A stretch of DNA of 58,544 nucleotides, from positions 1 through 58,544 of the forward strand of contig JBDRGB010000011.1 of NCBI GenBank assembly GCA_043818155.1, read 5' to 3'. The translations under genes were made by a program, and so were the position numbers. The notes below the pieces were generated by a model, which saw only the letters and a list, made by a program, of their open reading frames with translations, did no database searches and was not told where the DNA came from. Each line of letters begins with the position of its first letter. The first letter of the stretch is position 1. This stretch comes from Candidatus Aenigmatarchaeota archaeon (lineage in GTDB: Archaea; Aenigmatarchaeota; Aenigmatarchaeia; CG10238-14; SCSR01). Positions 52,005 through 58,544 of this stretch are shown piece after piece.

Positions 52005-52655
52005 CTACTTGCCCGGCTTAACGCCGAGCGGATAACTCTCGCGGGCGATGCCGTCCTTCGTTATCTTGACCACGTCGATTGCCTTGCCGCCCGAGCCGAT
52101 GTCGCGCTCGACCGCCGCGCGTATCGCGCGCACGGCCAGGTCCGAGGCTTCGTTCATGGCCAGCCCGTCCTTGAACCCGTCCTCGAGCACGCCGAGCGCG
52201 AAAGGCGAGCCCGACCCGGTGGAGAAGAACTTGCTCTCCTCCTCGATCGCGCCGATTGCGTCAAGGCTGAACACGTGCGGCCCCTCCTTGTCGAAGCCCG
52301 CTATGATAAGTTGGACCATGTACGGCATGAAAGTCCATCTCCCGCCCTGCAGCAGGTTCGCCAGCAACGATGCGGCGCCCTTGACCGATATCTTGCGCTG
52401 GTTCTGTATTGAGAACAGCTTCAGCTCGGCCTTCATGTAGCGCGCCAAGGTCTGCGCGTCGCCACTGGCGCCGGCTATGGTCATGGCTATGTGGTCGTCA
52501 AGCTCGCTTATCTTGTCCGTCTCCTTGCTGGCCACCAGGTATCCCATGGTGCTCTTCTTCTCGGCCGCCAGGACGACGCCGTCCCTGCAGACGAGTCCGA
52601 TCGTCGTAGTCCCGGTCTTCCTTATGTCAGGCTGCTCCATCTTCGCCAAAACCAT
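52005..52655 (-). CDS. psmB: proteasome beta subunit
   Basis: A propeptide followed by the TGTTTIGLVCRDGVVLAAEKK active-site Thr context. Confidence 0.9.
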   Translation of the reverse strand: MVLAKMEQPDIRKTGTTTIGLVCRDGVVLAAEKKSTMGYLVASKETDKISELDDHIAMTIAGASGDAQTLARYMKAELKLFSIQNQRKISVKGAASLLANLLQGGRWTFMPYMVQLIIAGFDKEGPHVFSLDAIGAIEEESKFFSTGSGSPFALGVLEDGFKDGLAMNEASDLAVRAIRAAVERDIGSGGKAIDVVKITKDGIARESYPLGVKPGK

Positions 52656-52737
52656 CGCCTCATTCAGAACCAGACAGAATTTCAGATGATAATTTAATTA
52701 TATCCCTGCTTTTAAATATGTTTGTTTCGTCCCCGGC

Positions 52738-54207
52738 TCAGTACTGTCTGGCCACGTACACTTCCTGTACGGCGTTCTTCTTGCAGTAGATGCACTTTTT
52801 GCCCGCCATGTCGGGCTGCGCTTCGCCGAACAGAGTTCCGCGTATGGTGCCGCCGTCGGTCTCCGCCCTTATCATGTCCGCGCACTCGGTCCCGCCGCAC
52901 CATGTGACCTTCACCAACCCGCCCCGTTCGCGCAGTATGCTCTTTAGGCCTTGCATCGTGGCCGCCTTGTAGATACTGCGCTTGAAACGCTTGTCCGCCA
53001 GCCTCACAAGCCCGCGTTGCGTGTCTCGCAGGGCCGCCTTTGCATGTATGAACACCTTTGCCATTGGAACCGCTTTTTTCTCGGCCGTGTCGCGGCGCAC
53101 GAGCACCACCTGCTTCTGCTCGATGTCGCGCGGCCCAATCTCGATGCGCAGCGGCACGCCCTTCAGCTCCCATTGGTTGAACTTCCAGCCCGGCGTATAG
53201 CCTTCGCGGTCGTCAAGCTCGACGCGGAACGAGCCGCGCTTCTCGAGGTCGGCCTTGATTTCGGCCGCTTTCTCCAAAACTGCAGCGCGGTTATCGTCGC
53301 CGTAGATAGGCACGATGATTATCTGCACGGGCGCGATATCCGGAGGCATCACCAGCCCGCGGTCGTCGCCGTGCACGCTCACGACGGCAGCGAATATTCT
53401 GCTTACTGCCGGTCCGTAGCAGGTCTGCCACGCGTATTGTTCCTTCTCGTCCCTGTCCATGAACTTCACGCCGAACGACTTCGCAAAGTCCTGGCTCAGC
53501 AGGTGCGTGCTGGGCAGCTGCAGCACGCGTCCGTCCGGCATTATGGTGTCCGCGGCGTACGTGTGTATCGCGCCAGCGAACTTGTCGTGTTCCGGCCGCT
53601 GGAAGAAGAGGAAAGGCACGCCGAACTTGTCATGCACCGTAGCGCGCGTGGTGCCCATGTCCTCCCTCACCTGCGCCTCCGCCTCCCCGCGCGTTGCGAA
53701 CACGTCGTGGCTCTCAATCCAGTAGAACTCCCGGCCGCGTATGAACGGCCGCGTTGCCTTGCCTTCGTATCGCCACACCTGGCAGCGCTGGTACAGCTTC
53801 AGCGGAAGGTCGCGCCAGCTTCGCACCCAAAGCGCGTACATGCCGTACATGGCCGTCTCGCTCGTGGGCCGCAGCGCCAGACGCTCCTCTAATTTTTCAT
53901 TTTGACTTCCGGCTTCCGTTATCCAGAAAACCTCGGCCGCGAACCCCTTGACGTGGTCGGCCTCCTTCCGGAAGTTCGACTCCGGTATTACGGCCGGGAA
54001 CCATACGGGCTTGTGGCCCTTCGCTTGAAGCTCGGCCTCGAGTGCGTCGTACATAAGCTCCATCGCCATCACGGACCAAGGCCTGAAGACCACGAAACCC
54101 TTAACGTTGTAGCGTATGTCCGACAGCTCGGCCTTCTCCACGACCTGCGTGTACCACTCGCTGAAATTGTCGGCCTTCTTGGCTGTCAATCCTTCCTCTT
54201 CGGCCAC
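52738..54207 (-). CDS. proS: prolyl-tRNA synthetase, archaeal/eukaryal type
   Basis: NFSEWYTQVVEKAELSD start region, class II core (LRPTSETAMY, FIRGREFYWIESH) and C-terminal Zn-binding domain ending ...YVARQY. GTG 54207 (MAEEEGLTAKKADNFSEWY) fits better than the track start 54300. Confidence 0.9.
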   Translation of the reverse strand: MAEEEGLTAKKADNFSEWYTQVVEKAELSDIRYNVKGFVVFRPWSVMAMELMYDALEAELQAKGHKPVWFPAVIPESNFRKEADHVKGFAAEVFWITEAGSQNEKLEERLALRPTSETAMYGMYALWVRSWRDLPLKLYQRCQVWRYEGKATRPFIRGREFYWIESHDVFATRGEAEAQVREDMGTTRATVHDKFGVPFLFFQRPEHDKFAGAIHTYAADTIMPDGRVLQLPSTHLLSQDFAKSFGVKFMDRDEKEQYAWQTCYGPAVSRIFAAVVSVHGDDRGLVMPPDIAPVQIIIVPIYGDDNRAAVLEKAAEIKADLEKRGSFRVELDDREGYTPGWKFNQWELKGVPLRIEIGPRDIEQKQVVLVRRDTAEKKAVPMAKVFIHAKAALRDTQRGLVRLADKRFKRSIYKAATMQGLKSILRERGGLVKVTWCGGTECADMIRAETDGGTIRGTLFGEAQPDMAGKKCIYCKKNAVQEVYVARQY

Positions 54208-54343
54208 CTGAAAAACCGCCTTACAATTCCGATAATCAAAACTTAATGCGAAGCGCAGATAAATAAATCCTTCGCATCCATCGGAAGCCGGCACCCGCAA
54301 AAGCGTTTATCCTTTGGCACTGATTAATAAAAAGCTGGTTTTG

Positions 54344-55588
54344 ATGAAGATAGCCGTGCTCTCGGACTTCCACTTCGGTTACGCCTACAATTCCGAGCTG
54401 GAAGCGGACAGCTTCAACAACGCCGCGGAAGCTATGGATCGCGCGATTGCCGGCGGCGCCGACCTGTTGCTGATAGCCGGCGACATCTTCGACTCGCGCT
54501 ACCCGAAGACGCCGGTGTGGACGCAGGCCATGCGCATACTCGCGAAGCCGCTGCTTGCGGACAGCAATGGAATTAATTTGGTCAGTTGCACGAAGGAGCT
54601 GAAGCGCATAACGAAGCACACGCTCTCGCACCTGCCCGTGGTGTCGCTTCACGGCAACCACGAGTTCCGCGGCCGCGACAGCAACACGCTCGAGGCGCTG
54701 GAGAACGCTGGGTTGCTGGTGCACCTGCACAAGGACACGATTGTCTTCGAGAAGGGCGGCGTGCGAGTGGCCGTGCACGGGATGTCGTGGGTGCCCGACC
54801 GCTATGCGAAGCGCGAGTTGGACGAGTGGAACCCGCGGCCGGTCGAAGGATGCGTGAACGTGCTGCTCCTTCACCAGAGCATCTCGCCGTACATATTTTC
54901 GCCGCTGGATGCGCCAAGTCTCACGTCAGAAAACCTGCCTAACGGGTTTGATATCATTTTCGACGGTCACCTGCACAGGCCCGGTGCCGAGAACGTCGAC
55001 GGAACTCCGCTCCTGTTCACGGGCAGCACGGTGATAACGCAGTTCGAGAAGGGTGAAGCCGGCGCGGACAAGGGCTATTATGAGATTGAGCTAGCGGCGG
55101 GCGAGAAACCGAGGATAGCGTTCAAACCGCTCGAGAACGGCCGCAAGTTCTTCTTCGAGGACGTCGCGACCGAGGGCGGTTTGCGCGTGAGCGTGGAGAG
55201 CAAACTGAACGGAATTTTGGCGGACGGATTTGCGAAGAAACCGCTTGTGAAACTGAGGGTAAAGGGCAAGGAAAGCGAGTACGTGCCGCAGGACATAAGG
55301 GAGATAGAGCGGCTGTATGGAGAACGGGCGATACTGCGCTTCGTCAACGACTTGGAGTCGCCCGAAATGGCGGAGAAGTCGGAGATGCTGCGCAGCATGC
55401 GCGAAGAGGGGATGCCCGTGGAAGAGAAAGGCTTGAAACTTTTGCACGAGAACCTCGAAGGGATGAAGTTCGGCTCTTCCTTCGACACGCACACGATTTT
55501 CGACCTGCTGGTGGAAGGACGCGTGGACAACGCGTTCGACATACTGACTGGACAGCAATCGACGCTGGATTCAATCGGCAAAAAGTGA
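54344..55588 (+). CDS. mre11: DNA double-strand break repair nuclease Mre11
   Basis: Calcineurin-like phosphoesterase motifs MKIAVLSDFHFG, IAGDIFD, LHGNHE and GHLH. It lies directly upstream of rad50. The track start is 54314. Confidence 0.85.
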   Translation: MKIAVLSDFHFGYAYNSELEADSFNNAAEAMDRAIAGGADLLLIAGDIFDSRYPKTPVWTQAMRILAKPLLADSNGINLVSCTKELKRITKHTLSHLPVVSLHGNHEFRGRDSNTLEALENAGLLVHLHKDTIVFEKGGVRVAVHGMSWVPDRYAKRELDEWNPRPVEGCVNVLLLHQSISPYIFSPLDAPSLTSENLPNGFDIIFDGHLHRPGAENVDGTPLLFTGSTVITQFEKGEAGADKGYYEIELAAGEKPRIAFKPLENGRKFFFEDVATEGGLRVSVESKLNGILADGFAKKPLVKLRVKGKESEYVPQDIREIERLYGERAILRFVNDLESPEMAEKSEMLRSMREEGMPVEEKGLKLLHENLEGMKFGSSFDTHTIFDLLVEGRVDNAFDILTGQQSTLDSIGKK

Positions 55589-55592
55589 TCAT

Positions 55593-58001
55593 ATGATAAC
55601 AAAGCTGCGGTTGAAGAACTGGAAGTCGCACGAGGATTCGGAACTGGAGTTCTCCGCAGGCACGAACGGGCTGGTCGGGATAGTGGGCAGCGGCAAGACC
55701 AGCATACTGGACGCGATATGCTTCGCTCTTTTCGGCACGTTCCCGAAGCTGCAGCTGAAGAAGCTGAGGATAGAGGACACGATAATGAAAAAGCCCTCGG
55801 TGAAGGCCAGCGCGGAGGTGGAGCTGGCGTTCGAGCTCGACGGCAAGAAGTTCGGCGTGAAGCGCACGATAGAGCGCGACAAGGGCACGGGCTATTGCGA
55901 GTTCAAGGAGGACGGGCGGATTGTCGAGTCGCCTAGCACGAAGAGCGTTACAGCGGCGGTGGAGCGCGCCCTGAAGGTAAATTACGAACTTTTCAGCAAA
56001 GCGATATATTCGGAGCAGAACTCGATAGATTATTTCCTCACGTTGGGCAGGGGCCAGCGGATGGCGAAGATCGACGAGCTGCTGATGATAGACAGGTTCG
56101 AGGAGGCGCGCGCGAACGCGGTGAAGCTCGCGAACAGGCTAATCGAGCGCAAGCTGGCGAAGCAGTCGGCGGCCGACAGGGTTAACGTCGCGGAAGCGGA
56201 TAAGCAGATAGAGGAGCTGGCGAAAGCGATAAGCGATTTCGACATGCAGCGCGCGATGTTCAGGAACGAACTCGCGGAAATCCAGAGAAGCAAGCTGGCG
56301 TCCGAGTCCGAGGCTGCTGAGCTGCGCAAGGTGCGCGAGCAGATGGAGAAGGCGAAGCGCGACCACGCTGCCGTGGAGGCGTCGATGCGCACGACCATGG
56401 AAAGCGTGGAGCGCATGGAGCGCGCGCTGAAGGAATTCTGCGAAGGCGTGGGCAAGCCGGAAGCCGGACTGAAAGCCGAAGACACAGCTGCGATAACGGC
56501 GGCCGTGGAAAACTATGCGAAGCATATTTCGGAGATGAACGACTTCCTGCACATCAAGCAGGCCGAGTGCGATATGGCGCAGCGCGAACTGTCGAAATCC
56601 AAGGCCAGCATCGACTTCCTGCGCGACGAGAAGATAGCCCGGCTGGAGAATGAGTTCGAGGAGAAGCTAGCGGCGAAGTCTGATCTCGAGAGGTTGCGCG
56701 ACCGCACCGGCGGTAACGTTCCCGAACAGCTGAAGGAGAACGCGGCGAGGCTGCGGCTGCTCGTGGAAGAGCTGGCAGCGGCGAAGGCGCGCATCTCCGA
56801 TTTGCAAAAGCAGATGGAGGAGCTGTCGAAACTCGAAGGCGTGTGCCCGCTCTGCGGCTCCGGGCTTTCGACCGAACGCAAGAAGGCGATTGTGGCCGAG
56901 AAGACGGCCGAGGTCGACGCGCTGATAGGGAAGGTGCGGAAGGCGGCCGATGAAAAAATCGCGGCCGAGGAGAGGCTGCAGCAACTCGAGGCAGCCGCAA
57001 AGAAGCTTGACGAGCTGTTGAAGGAAATCGCTGACCTTGATGCCGTGAACGAGGATCTCGCGAAATCGAAGCACATACTCGCGGAGCAGAGCGAATCGAT
57101 GGAGAAGATTTCCGCGCAGTTCGAAGCCCTGGCCGAGGAGATTGGCATAGTGCGAAAGGAGCTCGATGCGGCGAACACGGAGAAACAGAGACTGGAAATC
57201 ATAGCCGCGCAGATGAAGGACTACGGAAGGCAGAGGCAGCGCATAGCGGAGCTGCAGTCGGAGCGCGACAGGATGAAGGCGGCTGTCGACGAGATGGAGG
57301 AGCGGACGCCTGTGGGCAGGCTCGAAGAGACGGAGCGCGCATTGCGCACGCTCGCGGCGAAGGAGCGCGAAATCGAGACTAGAATCATCTCCGCGGAGCA
57401 ACTCGCAAAGGAGAAGCAGGCGAGGATGGACGAATACAGGCGTGCGGTCGAGGCGGCGCGCAAGGAGAGGGACGAGGTCGCGCGGCTCGAGCGGCTGGCC
57501 GCGGATTTGAAAGTATTCGCCGAGGCGCTGAAGCAGACGCAGACGGGCCTGCGCAAGGAGTTCGTGGAGGCCGTGAACTACACCATGAACAGGCTCTGGC
57601 AGACGCTTTATCCTTACGAGGACTTCGTGGGCATACGCCTGGGCATCGAAGAGGGCGACTATGTGCTGCAGCTGCAGGAGCGCTCGCTGGGCTGGGTGAA
57701 CGTCGAGGGCGTCGCCTCCGGCGGGGAGCGCAGCATAGCTTGCCTTGCGATGCGCATCGCGTTCGCGCTGGTGCTCGTGCCGCACCTGAGGATGCTCGTG
57801 CTGGACGAGCCGACCGCCAACCTCGATTCGAACTCGGTGAAGGTCCTCTCGTCGACGCTGAAGGAGAACATAGCCGAGTTCATCGACCAGTGCTTCGTCA
57901 TCACTCACGACGACGCTTTCGAGGACGCAATCACGGGCAACCTCTACAGGCTCGAGCGCGACAAGGCGAAGGACGAGGCCACGCGCGTGGTTGCGCTGTG
58001 A
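55593..58001 (+). CDS. rad50: DNA double-strand break repair ATPase Rad50
   Basis: Walker A GIVGSGKTSILDAI, long coiled coils with a central zinc hook CPLCG, signature ASGGERS and Walker B LVLDEPTANLD. Confidence 0.9.
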   Translation: MITKLRLKNWKSHEDSELEFSAGTNGLVGIVGSGKTSILDAICFALFGTFPKLQLKKLRIEDTIMKKPSVKASAEVELAFELDGKKFGVKRTIERDKGTGYCEFKEDGRIVESPSTKSVTAAVERALKVNYELFSKAIYSEQNSIDYFLTLGRGQRMAKIDELLMIDRFEEARANAVKLANRLIERKLAKQSAADRVNVAEADKQIEELAKAISDFDMQRAMFRNELAEIQRSKLASESEAAELRKVREQMEKAKRDHAAVEASMRTTMESVERMERALKEFCEGVGKPEAGLKAEDTAAITAAVENYAKHISEMNDFLHIKQAECDMAQRELSKSKASIDFLRDEKIARLENEFEEKLAAKSDLERLRDRTGGNVPEQLKENAARLRLLVEELAAAKARISDLQKQMEELSKLEGVCPLCGSGLSTERKKAIVAEKTAEVDALIGKVRKAADEKIAAEERLQQLEAAAKKLDELLKEIADLDAVNEDLAKSKHILAEQSESMEKISAQFEALAEEIGIVRKELDAANTEKQRLEIIAAQMKDYGRQRQRIAELQSERDRMKAAVDEMEERTPVGRLEETERALRTLAAKEREIETRIISAEQLAKEKQARMDEYRRAVEAARKERDEVARLERLAADLKVFAEALKQTQTGLRKEFVEAVNYTMNRLWQTLYPYEDFVGIRLGIEEGDYVLQLQERSLGWVNVEGVASGGERSIACLAMRIAFALVLVPHLRMLVLDEPTANLDSNSVKVLSSTLKENIAEFIDQCFVITHDDAFEDAITGNLYRLERDKAKDEATRVVAL

Positions 58002-58037
58002 CGCAGGTTTATAATCCTTGTTTTGCCTGATTGAATT

Positions 58038-58544
58038 ATGGCAATCCGCTTTTTGCGCAACAAGCCGGCGCTGCTCATAACAGACAGGAAGCACGGCCGC
58101 ATGCTCTGCATCGCCGACGTGCACTTGGGAATAGAACACGAACTTTACAGGAACGGCATAATCATAGCCCCACAGGCGGAAAAGTTCCACCGCGAGCTCG
58201 AGTCGCTGCTGAAGATCACGCGCGCGGACAAGCTCGTCATCATCGGCGACCTGAAGCACAAGATACCCGGCATCAGCTTCCGGGAGGTGCGCGAGCTGCC
58301 GAAGCTAATAGAGCCGATCGCGGCGCGGGTCGAGACCATCCTAGTGAAAGGCAACCACGACACCGAGCTCGACGAGTTGCTCGAGGCGCACGTCGAGATA
58401 AAGGACGCGAGTGGCTTCGCGATTGGTCCGTACGGATTCTTCCACGGACACGCTTGGCCCGCGAAGGAGCTGCTGAAGTGCGATTATCTTTTCACGGCGC
58501 ACATACATCCGACCGTGGAGTTTGTTGATGATTTCGGATTCCGC
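58038..58544 (+). CDS. metallophosphoesterase (ICC-like, COG1407-type), 3' end cut by window edge
   Basis: Hand-read frame from ATG 58038 to the window edge: MAIRFLRNKPALLITDRKHGRMLCIADVHLG...IIGDLKH...VKGNHD...FHGHAWP. It is absent from the ORF track because it has no stop. The track ORF 58031..58528 is an Arg-rich wrong-frame shadow. Confidence 0.65.
   Translation, partial: MAIRFLRNKPALLITDRKHGRMLCIADVHLGIEHELYRNGIIIAPQAEKFHRELESLLKITRADKLVIIGDLKHKIPGISFREVRELPKLIEPIAARVETILVKGNHDTELDELLEAHVEIKDASGFAIGPYGFFHGHAWPAKELLKCDYLFTAHIHPTVEFVDDFGFR

Noticed and set aside
50105-52021. 638-aa plus-strand ORF; also 49974..51059 + and 49998..51068 -
   Set aside because: Antisense or off-frame to aCPSF1, whose KH, metallo-beta-lactamase and beta-CASP motifs are all in the 50003..51880 minus frame.
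56667-58259. 530-aa minus-strand ORF
   Set aside because: Antisense to rad50 and to the following phosphoesterase gene. It has no motifs and shadow-ORF composition.
58031-58528. 165-aa + ORF from the track
   Set aside because: Arg-rich wrong-frame translation. The frame starting at ATG 58038 gives a clean metallophosphoesterase sequence and runs to the window edge.

Overview
This is an archaeal chromosomal segment. It is G+C-rich (about 60 % in hand spot counts) and carries four conspicuous AT-rich islands. Most of the window is core information processing: prefoldin-ftsY-srp54; pus10; the conserved rpl21e-rpoF-DUF655 trio; EF-1beta; a same-strand tsaC-mtnP-cca-rnz run flanked by tRNA genes; thrS; ATP-dependent DNA ligase; the superoperon rpoH-rpoB''-rpoB'/rpoA'-rpoA''-rpl30e-nusA-rps12-rps7-aEF2-aEF1alpha-rps10; thermosome; aCPSF1; proteasome beta; proS; mre11-rad50. 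RNA genes found by hand are tRNA-Arg(GCG), tRNA-Arg(CCG), tRNA-Gln(CUG), tRNA-Asp(GUC) and a 5S rRNA unlinked to 16S/23S. There are also two long interrupted tRNAs, Tyr(GUA, 174 nt) and Ile(UAU, 149 nt), each apparently with two intervening sequences. Five things deserve a second look. (1) rpoB' and rpoA' form one uninterrupted 1,465-codon frame. (2) A 7.4-kb same-strand operon (42579-49990) encodes a non-archaellum type IV pilus-like machine: four proteins with class III signal peptides, a FlaI/PilB-type ATPase and a split FlaJ/TadBC-type platform. (3) Two free-standing LAGLIDADG endonuclease genes sit in AT-rich islands, one wedged between the interrupted tRNA-Tyr and the 5S rRNA. (4) A dense iteron-like repeat array lies at 39.86-40.07 kb. 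(5) An in-frame TAG separates a GNAT gene from an MGMT domain that has no canonical start codon for its conserved N-terminal helix. Multi-intron tRNAs plus tRNA-Ile(UAU) recall small-genome (DPANN-like) or deep-branching archaea, but the lineage cannot be fixed from this window. Coordinates of RNA genes, small ORFs and revised starts were derived by hand and may be off by a few nt. Many long ORFs in the track are antisense shadows of real genes in G+C-rich DNA.
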